From positions 297,724,001-297,788,000 of the forward strand of contig OZ024742.1 in the NCBI GenBank assembly GCA_964016885.1: 64,000 nucleotides of DNA, written 5' to 3'. How positions within the stretch are numbered: position 1 is the first letter of the stretch; each line of letters begins with the position of its first letter. Shown here piece after piece: positions 42,716 to 55,622 of this stretch. The notes below the pieces were generated by a model that worked only from the letters and a program-made list of their open reading frames with translations, was not told the origin of the DNA and searched no databases. Both the position numbers and the translations under genes were made by a program. Source of the stretch: Eledone cirrhosa (Eukaryota).

Positions 42716-45700
42716 TGTGTGCAAGAGACTAGATGGAGAGGAGAGTCTGCTAGCGTCCTTGTACGAAAAAGTCAGTGCTACAAATTTTTCTGGGTGGGAA
42801 ATGACGATGGGATTGGTGGTGTAGGTATTCTACTAGCTGACAAGTGGGTAGATAAAGTAATCTCAGTGTACAGGGTAAATGCAAGAATCATTAAACTCAG
42901 ACTAGTCCTGAATAAAACAATTACCACAATAATATCAGCTTACGCACCCCAACCGGGGTTGCCAGACGAACTTAAGGATAGAGTCCCTAATGCACACTAC
43001 TGCTCTAACAAACGACAATGACTTCCTAATCATCGCAGGAGATTTTAACGGACACGTAGGTAAACACTGTGACGGCTTCAATAGAGTCCATGGAGGCCAT
43101 GGGGTTGGCACAAAAAATGAAGAAGGATTCAGACTTCTAGAATTCTGCGACGCCAATGACATGTCAATATGTAACACAAACTTCAAAAAACCTGACAACC
43201 ACCTGATCACCTATAGATCAGGGGAACATTCTAGTCAGATATATTTTATCCTCATCAGAGGATGTGACAGATGGACGGTCGTAAACACAAAAGCCTTCCC
43301 TAGTGAGGAATGTACCTCCCAACATAGCTTAGTTGTCAGCGACCTCACGGTCAGAACTAGATGAACCTGGAAACAGAGGCCAACATCTGGAGAAGAAAGA
43401 TCTGGAAGCTGAAAGACCCCTCAGCCAGTAACAGATTTAAAGATATTTTACTCAACACCTACGACAGTAGAGAAGAACAGATAGAGACATTCAATGTAGA
43501 AGAGCACTGGGAGTTCCTAAAAAATAACTTACTAGAGGCTACGGATGAGGTCTGTGGTTGGAGTAAGACCACAAGCAGGAGGAGAGTGACTTGGTGGTGG
43601 AAAAATAAGGTAGATGAGGCAGTTAAGGCCAAGACACAGGCATGGAAAGAATGGAAGAACAGGGGAGCAGGGTACATTACATAGAGACCAAGCGGGAAGC
43701 TAGGCAACAAGTATACTTAGCTAGGAGGGAAGCAGAAGATAGAAAATTCAAGCATGTTTTGCAACGTGAGGACCAGAAACAGGAGGTGTTCAAGATTGCG
43801 AGGCAGTGTGTCAGAGAGAATTGTGATGTCATTGGAGAGAAGTGTATCCGGAATGATAAAGGTGAGCTTGCCCTCATAAGTGCTGAGAAGAAAGATGCAT
43901 GGAAGAGCCATTATGATAGATTACTAAATGAGGAGAATGCATGGGAAGAAGAGACCCTACCCCAAGTAGACCCTATAGAGGGGCCAGCAGTACAAGTCAG
44001 CAGCAGCGTAGTAAGTAAGGAAATCAAAGATATGAAGATGGGGAAGGTAACCGGTCCATCAGGTATAGCTGCCGAGATGCTGAAGGCATCTGAGTCTGTA
44101 GGTCACACTATAACCACACGTATTGTTAACTAGAAGGTGTCATACCAAAACATTGGTGCAGTAGCGACATTGTCAACTGCTACAAAGGTAAAGGTGATGC
44201 ACTCGATAGAGGAATCTATAGAGGTATAAAGCTGATGGACCAGGTCATGAAAGTAACAGAAAGAGTTATAGAACAGTTGATTAGGGACCGGGTGAAACTA
44301 GATGAGATGCAATTTGGGTTTGTACCAGGAAGAGACACCACTGATGCCCTTTTCCTTGTGAGACAGTTACAGGAAAATACCTAGCTAAAGGTAAGCCACT
44401 CTACCTGGCATTCGTTGATCTCGAGAAAGCCTTTGACAGAGTTCCACGTGCTGTAATCTGGTGGGGTCTTAGAAAACTAGGAGTAGATGAATGGCTTGTG
44501 AAAGCTGTACAAGCCATGTATAGGGGAGCAGTCAGCAAAGTTAGGATTAGCAATGAGTATAGCGAGGAATTTAGCGTACAGGTTGGTGTCCACCAGAGCT
44601 CTGTTCTTACCCTTCTCCTGTTCATCATAGTCCTGCAGGCAATAACGGAGGAGTTTAAGACCGGATGACATGGGAACTCCTGTATGCTGATGACCTCACA
44701 CTTATAGCTGAATCTATGGTAGAACTAGAGAAGAAATTCCAAACTTGGAAGCAGGGACGAGAAAGAAAGGGTCTCAAAGTCAACATGACAAAGACTAAGG
44801 TCCTTGTAAGTAGACGAGAAAACAGAACCCAGATCCCTTCAGGGAAATGGCCTTGCTCAGTATGTAGGAAAGGTGTAGGTAGGAACTCCATTCTCTGCCT
44901 CAAATGCAAACAATGGGTACACAAGAGATGTAGTGGGATCTCAGGAAGCTTAATTAAAAATGTAGGCTTCACATGTAGCAGCTGTGCTGGGACAGCAAGC
45001 AGCAAACAGCCACAGGAAACAAGTACCACCAATCTCTGGGAGGGCTCTGTAGAAACAGTAGACAGCTTCTGCTACCTTGGTGACCGAATTAGCAGCTGAT
45101 GTGGGTGTTCAGAAAGTACAGTAACCAGGGTAAGAACGGGATGGAAGAAGTTCAGGAAGCTACTGCCACTGCTAGCTGCAAAAGGCTTCTCCCTCAAAAT
45201 GAAAGGCTGACTGTATGATGCGTGTATCCGAACAGCAATGTTACATGGTAGTGAGACCTGGGCGCTGAAGGTGGAAGACTTACATAGATTAGAAAGAAAC
45301 GAAGCCTGCATGCTCCGATGGATGTGTAATAGTAATATACGCGAACGGCAAAGCATAAATGAATTTTGAGAGAGACTGAGCATAAGAGGAATCAAACGCT
45401 GTGTGCAGGAGAGGCGGTTGCATTGGTATGGACATGTGATGCATATGAAGGATGACAGCTGCATCAAAAGGTACAGAGCACTAGAAGTCGATGGAAACCG
45501 CGGAGTGGGGAGACCCAAGATGACCTGGGATGAGATGATAAAAGCTGACCTTACCCAATTACACCTCTCAAAGGCGATGACACACGACCGTGACCTCTGG
45601 CGTCACACAGTAATACAGAGTACCCGACCTCCCATGGGTACTAGCTGAAGCATATAGACAATATGCCCCCACACCCTCCCACTGCAAAGTGGTCATGGAG

Positions 45701-45951
45701 GTGCCACGGCAAAAAAGCACCCAGCCCACACTGTAAAGTGGACGTGTAGGCGCCACGAAAAAGCACCCAGCATTCACTGTAAATGAGGTTGGTGTTAGGA
45801 AGGGCATCCAGCTGTAGAAATCAAGCCAAATCAGCTCCTGTATGAGCAAGGTATGGTCAGCCGACCAAACACTGCCCACAACAGGAGAACCCGTCTAACC
45901 CATGCTAGTGTGGAAGAATGGACGTAAAACGGTGATGATGATGATGATGAT
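42716..45951 (+). mobile_element. 5'-truncated RTE-clade LINE (APE-RT with PHD finger), disrupted, (GAT)n tail
   Basis: CVQETRW, SAYAPQ, IAGDFNGHVG (APE); FVDLEKAFDRVP, GVHQSSVL, ELLYADDL, FCYLGD (RT); ERRLHWYGHV...GRPKMTW C-terminus; the 3'UTR ends gacgtaaaacggt(gat)n. Several in-frame stops and frameshifts. Confidence 0.93.
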
Positions 45952-47814
45952 ATGAGAGTGATTTCAAATGACCAACAATGATACATTTGTAAGGGCTACA
46001 AACTGACAGTCAGTCATCTAGTTTGCCTTTTGTCCTGTAGCTACAATAGGGGATGTATCTCACAAAACTTTCTTTACATGCACCATATTTAGATTTAATC
46101 CCCTTCTTACCTACTCTCCTCACCAAACCATAATCTTTTTCTAAGCCTTCTCATTCTTTTCATTTCCACCTTGTCACTATGAGATAGACATTAAACATCA
46201 CACACAGCTAAAATGAATGAAAGCAAACAATGATCTCATTGATAATCTCTTGGGTACAGATCAATAGGTGACTATCCTTATTAGTTTTTCAAGAGATGAA
46301 AATAAGAATGTTGACATCCATACATCTCCCAAGGTTATTATTAGTGATGGCAAGTGAAAAGTTACAATCTAAAATGTAAACAGCAGCTCAGCAGGTTCTC
46401 AATTTGTTCAGAGCTTGTTTTAAACTCGAGTACTGTAAGTTTGTTTTGGATTTCTATATTCTATATGACTAAACCTTTTGCAAGTGTATTTCTAATGAAG
46501 TACATTCTATTTCAATTAATTAATGAAGAATTTTGAAGGATTTATTGAGATTTTTAATTATATTATTTCTATGATAGTAATAACATATATCTCTTATATA
46601 TGGAAAATTACAATTTAAATAGAAACCATATTCAATGGAATGGTTTTGTTTCATAGATCAGAGCCAGTTTTGGTTGAGTTAGTATCAAAAGGGTTAATGT
46701 AAGGTATGGATTTTGCAGATATGTTAGGGTATGAGATGGTATACTATCTAGTATTCATTTCACCTTAAGGCCAATAAATAAATTACCAGTCCAGTACTAA
46801 AGGTCCATACCTCTCTCAATTTCTTTCTTTCACTTTCCCTCTTTCTCTTTGATTTTTAATGAAACTAGTTCAGGTCAAGCCTGCAGAAGTGCGGATACTA
46901 CCTTGTTTATAATGACTAGCACACACCACTTGTCATGACAGTACCCTTACAACTCCTTTGCGTGCAATACATGATCTTTATAACTCCTGGTGGGGTTGTG
47001 GGGATGCTGTAGGGACATATAGCATTTCTTGGGCATTTTAAACCTGGCAGAGCCTAATCCTTCCCAGCAGATTTTTTTCCAGAGAAGGATAGATAGAATG
47101 AGAGAATGGAAGTATATATATAGAGGAAGAATCGACCCTTAGAGAATCGAACTTAGAGAGCAGAGAGTCGAAACAAATACTACAAAGCATTCTATCTGAT
47201 GTTTTAACGACTCTGCCAATCCTACATTAAGGTATAATAATCAGAGATCTGTGATATGATTAATTACAACTGCTAACTACTGATTTCCCAGCAAATAATC
47301 TCTTTTTCGATTTTAACTTGATATTAGTGTTGTTGCCCCAGGTCATCTCTAATCAAGGATACCTATGATCAGAAGCATTTCAGCCATTACAATGGGCTAT
47401 ATTTTTCTCTTAACTCTTTGTGATCAGATTTCTAAGAAAAATAACACTACTTATTGTCCTTTTCAAATAATTTTGAAAATAATTGCGAATTTGGAGGGAT
47501 TTAATAAAATAATTAAATTTCTCATTATTTATTTGTTGTTTGGAACAAAACTTAACAAAAGGCATAGAAATATGATGAAGGTTTTTAGATAAATATAAAC
47601 ATTTTAAAACAAACACTTTTGTGATGTAGAACATGAGGATTTTGTCAGCTTGATATAAAAAGAGTTAAAGAGGCAGGGTGTGATCAGAGAGAAATTTGGC
47701 TGTTATTTTTAATAGATTTAGAGCCACCACCATTGGTTAGTTGAGACTGAGATGTTATAATAGATACTGCAGAGAAAGAACTTTAGTAAATGTGAATCTT
47801 ATAGAATAACGTAC

Positions 47815-47940
47815 CTGTATTCTTCTTTACTGAGCCCAGTAAGTATATTGTATTCATCTAACTTTAGCAACTTAAATGCAGCGCTAACATGGTGATTTTC
47901 AAGCACAGCTTTGTCATTGTACAATAAAGCAACTTCAGAC
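47815..47940 (-). CDS. PDE1: PDE1 coding exon
   Basis: aaacAG|G...AG|GTacgt; 126 nt, phase 2-2; SEVALLYNDKAVLENHHVSAAFKLLKLDEYNILTGLSKEEY(R), with the YND.AVLENHH motif. Confidence 0.96.
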
Positions 47941-48045
47941 CTGTTTAAAAATATAACAAATATAATAGTTAATGAATTAAATATATTTTTTTTAGATGAG
48001 GATGAACTGAATTTCAAAATATTGTAAATATATATATATATATCT

Positions 48046-48320
48046 CATCATCATCATCATCATCATTTTACGTCTGTTTTTCCTGTTTGCAAGGGTGGGA
48101 TGGGTCCTATTCAGCATCTCTCCACTTGTCACGGTGCTTCGTCATCTCCTCTGTGAGCTTCAGCGATCTGAGATCTGCTCTCACCACCTCCGCCCATGTT
48201 TTTTGTGGTCTTCCTCTACTGCGTCCCCCTTCTACTGGGATTTCTTGGCAGTTCTTTACCCAGCGGTCATCCTTCATGCGCATCACATGTCCATACCATC
48301 TCAGTCTTCTCTCCTGCATA
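48046..48320 (-). mobile_element. RTE LINE 3' fragment with (GAT)n tail
   Basis: MQERRLRWYGHVMRMKDDRWVK...GRPQKTW, homologous to the C-terminus of the 42.7 kb RTE. Confidence 0.88.
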
Positions 48321-48374
48321 ACTTATCAATATATATCAACTTATCAATATATATATATATATATATATATATTG

Positions 48375-48586
48375 ATGCACATGTACAATGACTGATAGGT
48401 TGAGAAATGCTAGGAAATCCCAGTGGAAGGAAGTCACAATAGAGGACGACCAAGAAGAGCAGACCACATATCGCTCAGACTGGCAGAGGAGATGACAAAG
48501 AAACACGATGAGTGAAGAGATGCCATGCTGAGAAGGACCCATCCAACCCATGGAAGCATGGAAAAGCAGACGTAAAAATGATTATG
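48375..48586 (+). mobile_element. RTE LINE 3' fragment (decayed), inverted relative to its neighbour
   Basis: gaaatgctaggaaatcccagtggaagga...ggacccatccaaccc...aaaagcagacgtaaaaatgat mirrors 48060-48290. Confidence 0.75.
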
Positions 48587-51404
48587 ACTATATGTGTAAA
48601 CTAACTTGATTAAACAATTCTGGATTATGATTAACTGTAGTTTTTATCTGCTGATGTATCAGATATACCAATATCTGATGCCCTACCACCATATTAATAT
48701 ATATAATTACTTTTCCAGCTGGTGGGTCTGTTATGCACATAATACATTTATTTAAGCATTTCATTATCAACATATCTAAATATGACTATTTTTGTGTATC
48801 TTCTGAAAACCCATTGAGATTTAAATGGTGGAAAGATGTTTGAGATCTGCTTGGTTGTTATATAACTGGTAGTGTTCAAAATTTGTTTTAGACTATCATA
48901 AAATTTGGTGTTGAGTTTAAAGTGAGAGAAAGCCTGTTTGTATCTGGTTTAGAGTAGACATGCCTCATCTCTGCAAGAGGTGATTAATAGTGGTGGCACC
49001 AGAAGGTCATCTAACAGTAAACCATTGCCTCAAAAAGGAGTCCACAGTCACTAAGAACTCTATTATTGTGCCTGTAAAGCTCCTGTTCTAACAAGGAACA
49101 ATGACCTTAAAATGCTTCTTGCTGTTGTTTAGATTGGGAGAAGCAGAGTTTGATTAACAGTAAAGGTAGTGCAGTAAGTTGGTTAAAGTGATCGTAAGGT
49201 CTACCTAGCAAATTTTAATTGTTTCTACTATTGGCACAAGGCCATCAACTACCCAATGCATTACTGGTACTTTATTTTATCGACCCCGTAAGGATGAAAG
49301 GCAAAGTTAAATGATCACTGTCATTATACAAAGCTTAACTTTGTACTTAGTAATTGAAGATTTTCAATTCAGTAGAATTTCTCAAGATAAATATTTCAAG
49401 ATACTCATGGAAAAGTGTAGTCATCTTGGTATCTATTTGGCAATATGATTTATTTGGGAGTTCATACTAAAGATGGATTATTCAAATTGTAGAATACAGA
49501 ACATTTTCCTTTGAAAATTGTTATACATAAAAACATGATGAAATGTATTCAGTACAATCTGTAAAGGGAAGAACATTGGAAAGAATATCCAGCTGTAGAA
49601 ACCATGCCAAAGAAGGGGTTGACAGCACTCTTCAGTTGTGTGAATGACATGAAAACTTCCATGTTGTTGGTACTATAATAAAATGCACCCAGTTATGGGT
49701 TACAAAGTATTCTTATTTATTTGAGAATTGTTCAGCAGAAATGAATGTATCGCAATGTTCTTCCTTGAAATAAATAATATTTATATCTTAATTTTGCAAA
49801 CCCATTACAACATTATCTGATTATCCTCATTGAGAGATATAAAAGTTCATTAAAGGCAGCAACTGTTGAAGACTGGTGGAAACTGTTGATATTTAAAATG
49901 AATAGAAGATAGGATTTAAAGAGATAAGGATTGGAGAATGATGTTATATGTATAGGAATATATGGGCTTAATGAGGATTATCTAGTTATTGATTAAATGC
50001 AGCAAGTGCAGCTAGCATTTTAAGGATATTTACTCCTGCTAAAGCAGGTGTTAGCTTTGTGCACCCTGTGGAAAGTTTCATACCCATCATGGAGTTCATA
50101 TTTTATAGCTAAATGTCTTTCCTGACACCAACATATTTAGTTGCCCCTTATGGCATGCAGATATATGATGTACCTATTTTAAGCTGGATACACACAGTCT
50201 TAATCATTAATTAAATAGGCGAAAAATTACGAACTCTAGAGATTCTTCTGAAATACATTTGTTATAAAACTATAAATGTGAGTGTGACTACAGGATTTGA
50301 TTAATTTTAAATCTAGTTACAATTCAGGATATGAATTAACAGATTCACAGATATATGCTCCCACATCCACATACAGATACATAATGCATATCTATGAATT
50401 CAGACAGGCATCTATACACATGCAGGTACAAACACACTTGCAAACACCGAGATCTACTTACAAACATATGTGCACATATCTACACAGGCACACACAAACC
50501 CACATGGGTACAAATGTGTTAAAGAGTGGCTGAAGATGATAAATATGTTAATTTAGAACACAATATATTTTGTTCTATTCACACAATAAATTTAGAATAT
50601 TTTTATTTCTCATTCTCAACTGTTCCACCCCACTCCATTAGATATTTTAATCCTGCATTATCTTCTTTCAATAATTCACTTTTTTTACTCTAGGGGTGGC
50701 TGGGAATTGGGATATTTTTTTCTGTGGATTATTCTGGAATGTATATGGTTCTCAGTTCCAAATTGTGTGATGACATGCTGAGAAATGACGAAGATGTTTC
50801 AAGACAAACAGATTCTTAAACTTATAATATTGGTGTGCAATATTTTTTTCGTGGATTTGTTGTATTTTTGTTATTAAAAGTAAGAATATTTGAGAAGAAC
50901 ATTTGAAAATATAGTCACCCAAATTTAATTACTTTGATATTATAATACTATAATCAGAGTAATTATTATTTGACAAAACTGAGTTAATTACACCTAGAGT
51001 CAGAAAATATAGACAGAGATGCATGCAGGGAATTGAACCATGCATCTCTTGTATGCTGAGCAAATACTTTTAAGTAGTATGTTAAAGGGTCCCATTTGCT
51101 GTTAGGAAATTTGAATCAGAAGCTAAATTTAAACATCCAGTTGACTTAAAGCCCACTGGGAAATTTAAAGTTTCAAAATATAGACACCTTAATGCAAATA
51201 ACTATAATAATAATTGAGTCATCATCATCATCATCATTTCATTTTACGTCCGCTTTTTCCCTGCTTGCAAGGGTGGGACATGAACTGATTCTGGCTTGAT
51301 TTCTACAGCTGGATGCCCTTCCTAACACCAACCTCATTTACAGTGAGTGCTGGGTGTTTTTTTGCCGTTGCACCTCCTAGACCACTTTGCAGTGGAATGA
51401 TAGG

Positions 51405-51567
51405 GACCGCAGTCCCTATCATCTCATTTCTACAGCTGAGTAAACTGGAGCAATGTGAAATAAAGTGCCTTGCTCAAGGAAACAACATATCACCCGGTCT
51501 GAGAATTGAACTCACAACCTTTCGATTGCAAGGCCAATGCTCTAACCACTAAACCATGTGCCTCCAC
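51405..51567 (-). mobile_element. Second SINE family, head and core
   Basis: Minus strand: ggaggcacatggtttagtggttagagc...gagttcaattctc...tccttgagcaaggcactttatttcacattgctccagt; joined to an RTE-type 3' end at 51220-51400. Confidence 0.75.
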
Positions 51568-51889
51568 ATCGACTATTATTATATTTATCTGCACTGTGGG
51601 AGACTCAATTTTCAAACTTCTAATTTAGTAATTCTGATGGGACTATTATAGATGGTATTAGACCAAAGGGTACATGAATTCCTTGGCCTAATCTGATGAT
51701 CAGCTCCTTTCCTTTTCTTTCATTTCTCTCATATAGATTAGTTAGCTATGATACAATTTGTTTATAATATAATGCTTGTCATGTCACTTTAGTAGCTGTT
51801 GTTTTACATTTCTTCTAATTAAAAAGAAAATAATAACAGGTTCTTTGAAATAAAGATGAAATAATATATTAGTTTTAAAATATAATTAC

Positions 51890-51990
51890 CCTGTATTTAT
51901 GTGAAAATTGTTTGTTGTTCCAGTGTGTTCATAATCATGAACCAAGGCAGCTATTATTGTGGCAAAGATTTCAAGGTCTGTAAGCCAGTT
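51890..51990 (-). CDS. PDE1: PDE1 coding exon with the class I PDE signature HDxxHxGxxN
   Basis: ttttcAG|AAC...GG|GTaatt; 101 nt, phase 0-2; NWLTDLEIFATIIAALVHDYEHTGTTNNFHINT(G); HDYEHTGTTNNFHI is typical of PDE1. Confidence 0.97.
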
Positions 51991-52154
51991 CTGAAAAAAT
52001 TCAAATATGAACAAATACTTTACTGATTAAATAATAAATATTTATGTACAATGCTGTGTATATTAGACAATCTCATATAATGAACGTATAATTACACTTT
52101 AGATGTCTTGCTGAAAATTTAAACAAATATAGAAAACTTTTTGTTATTCACTTT

Positions 52155-52545
52155 CATCATCATCATCATTTTACGTCTGCTTTTCCCTGCTTTCAAGGGT
52201 TGGATGGGTCCTATTCAGCACAGCATCTCTCCACTTGTCACGTTCCTTCGTCATCTCCTTGGTGAATTTCAGTGATCTGAGGTCTGCTCTCACCACCTCC
52301 GCCCATGTTTTTCGTGGTCTACCACTACTGCATCTTCCTTCTACTGAGATTTCTTGGTACTTCTTTACCCAGCGGTCATCCTCCATGCACATCACATGAC
52401 TAGACCATACCATCTCAGCCTTCTCTCCTGCACACCAGAACTTATCCCTCTTATACCCAGTTTCTTTCTCAACTCGTCTATGCTTAGTCGTTCACGCACA
52501 TTGGTATTGCACATCCAACGGAGCATACTTGCTTCATTTCTTTGT
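52155..52545 (-). mobile_element. RTE LINE 3' fragment
   Basis: Closely similar to 48060-48320 (GRPRKTWAEVVRADLRSLK); appears as a (CAT)n tail on the + strand. Confidence 0.88.
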
Positions 52546-53236
52546 TCATAGAAAAATATAAGGCATTGTTTTTATATATTTCTCTCCTAGTTGGCTGATC
52601 ATCATAAAACATGTACACTTATTATTCCTTCAATGAAGAGAATTTATAGTTAAATGTTATTTATATCAAACAAAAACCAGAACTGAAATGACCAGTCTAA
52701 TTTGCATAATGAGCATTTAGTGACATATTTAATTAAATAATAGTTTATAAAGGGTAGTTGTACCTATACTAAATTTATCTATAATTTAGGTATAACTTTT
52801 AATATACACTGTGTATACACAGTGTATAGGTACAACTTCACTTTATAAACTGACTAAAAATTTATACAAATGTGGCAAACATGTTTTTATTCTCTTCTTA
52901 TACAAAAAATCAGAGATTGCTTTTACATATTTCACATTTAATTGACTGATCATCAGAAGACAAAGTACCTCCAGGTAGGATATTGGCCTTATGATTGTAA
53001 GGTTGTGGTACATTTTGGTACCTAGACTGGGTGGTACATTGTATCCTTAAGCAAGGCACTTCATGTCATATTATTTCAGTCCATGTGGCTAAAAATAACT
53101 GCTAAGAGCAGCTGGGTGGGTAGGTAACTTTGCAACAGACTGGTGTCTCATCTTGTGGCTTCATTTGCTTTACACCACATGAAAACTGAATCCTGTTGTG
53201 CTAGAGTTATCACTAATAATAATAATAATAATAATA

Positions 53237-53284
<48 letters not shown>

Positions 53285-53501
53285 GAATGCCATGGTTGAC
53301 GGAGGCTCGGCTCTGTAAGGCATTGTAAATTTTGACCGCTATAACAATTGTAAATTGTTTAAAACTTTAACCAACTTGTAGACAAAAACACCCTCCTCCT
53401 CGTGAGAGGGGTCTTTCTGCCCATTATTTGGCCCTTCGGGGTTAAATAACCGCTTATTGGGGTTTTGTGCCCAATATTTATTTTAAACAAAAAAAAACAA
53501 C

Positions 53502-55587
53502 ATGGCTACGAAAAAGAATTTTCATAGGTCACTCCCACTCATTCCATCTTTTTCTTCCTCAATCGTCACTACAGCAGAGAGAAGATTGTCTCTCTCCCTC
53601 CCTTCTCTTTCGCAAGCGACGACAGAAAAGAAAAATCTCGTGCAAAGCGTGCAAGATTTCTCCATGACGACGACGACAACGACGAAACAGGTGTGCGGGA
53701 AATACGAAAACCCATTTCATTCGTCTGACGTCAGGAATAATAGCAGTAGCAGCCGTAATAACAACAGCAACAGTGACAAGGAAAACAACAGTAGCAGCCG
53801 CAACAGCATCAGCAGCAGCATAAACAACAACAGCATTAGCAGCAGCAACAACAACAACAACCACAGCAACAGCGGCGGCGGCAGTAGTCGTAGTACCTGC
53901 AGCAACAACAAAAGTAACAGCAGCTCTGACGACAACAACAACAACAACAGCAGCAAAGAAAAACCAATCTCGTTTGCAGGTATCGCAAAGAACCTGGAAA
54001 CCATCCTCATAACAAATGAGGAATTAGAGGAAGCGAAGAAGATGGTGACAAAAACTGGACACCGAGCAATCTGCAAGGCAGTGGAAAATTTTTTCGAAAC
54101 CCAACAGCACTGTACGGTCACGTACCGTACAGTAAGTACAAAATCCCGTAGGGTTGAAAGAGCCACAGAGGCTAAAATACAAAAAGCCTTGGGGTCTGTG
54201 TGGAAGCGGAAAACGCACATCACCCGAAGCAAGAAATATGCCACCGTAGACGTACTTTTTGCCACACCCCAGGAGGCAAAGGCTCAATCCTTAGTGACCC
54301 TAAGGAGCGAGGAAATGGTGTTGGTGACCTCCTACTGCGGGCAAAAAATTGTGAGGGTCAAACTGACCCACGTCCCCCCCCCCCCCCGGGATGGCCCCTT
54401 CTTGGCTGGCGGCGTCTGTCCTCGTCGGAATCGAGGACAAAACAACTATACTGCAAGTACAGAAAAAAGTAAGAGAAGATTGGGTCGGCACCTCCATTGA
54501 GATGTTAATCCAAACCAACCAGGAGTGCATCGAAGCTATCCCGGATGGGATAGACTTCGATAACGGCACTCAACTGCCCATAAGTGTTGAGGGCAAATGC
54601 CCGAAATGCTTTCGCTGTGGATCGAAGACTCACCTCAGGGCCTTCTGCAATGAGAACACCCTGAGAAAGGAGAAAACCCCCCTCCTTCCGAAACCGGCTC
54701 CACGGCTACCAGCAACAGGACAAGCGGCAACCAGGAACGATAGGTCCGTGGCACCCATACCCACGCCACGGAAATCAAAAACAGCAGCAGCAGTGGAAGT
54801 ATTGACAACAACAACAGCAATACCAAATGCAGCTGCAACAGAGACTCCAGTGCAAACATCACCAACAACAACAAGTGAAAAAGTGGAGCTGGTACCCCTC
54901 CCCGACCTCACAGAATCAGACATGGAGTGTGAGGTCGGAGAGTGATGGCAAAAGGTCGTAAGAAGGCACAAACGCAGAAGCAGCGCATCGTCGCCTTTGA
55001 AAAGGGAGGAAAGAAATGAAAAAAGGGTAAAGGCTACTGCAAAGAGACTCACAGCAGCAACACGACCAACACCATCACGACCCACACTAGCACCACCATC
55101 ACCACCGGCGACAACCCCACCGCCAACAACACCTTCAACACCACCACCACAAGCACCAACATCGCAAACACAACAACAAAACACACACACCCAGCAACAA
55201 CGACAAGAAAATAGCAGAACCACACCCCACCCCCAGAAAAACAAATGCACAGCAATAAATACACACAACAAGAAACTAATGACTTACATAATTGAACACA
55301 CAGACATTTCACAACACGACTACATAATACCAGCACCAATCAAAACGCCAACTAACATAAGACTGCTAAAAATAGCACAGAAACAATACACAAACATTAA
55401 AACGAAATTCCCCAACGCAGTTGGTGATTTCAGAGACGTAGGAGCGACACTCAACCGAAGAGTATATTCGGACATACTCAGAGAAGAGCCGACGACCAGC
55501 CGAAGGGACGATTCAACGGTCAGTTCACCAGACGATCAAGTGAAAAGGGATGTAAAAACCATCCCTCCTCTACGAAAAGTACGGTAA
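53502..55587 (+). pseudogene. Tx1-like ORF1 (gag-like zinc-knuckle protein), frameshifted
   Basis: ORF pieces 53502-54500, 54391-54945 and 54997-55587 join across a frameshift at the C14 run (54374-54387) and a TGA at 54943; CFRCGSKTHLRAFC is CX2CX4HX4C; Asn/Ser and Pro/Thr low-complexity tracts. Confidence 0.8.
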
Positions 55588-55622
55588 GTGGTCTTTCCCA
55601 TCTTTTCCACTCTATTTTAAAC

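Noticed and set aside
53559-55339. Long Leu/Val-rich minus-strand ORFs
   Set aside because: Antisense of the low-complexity Tx1 ORF1.
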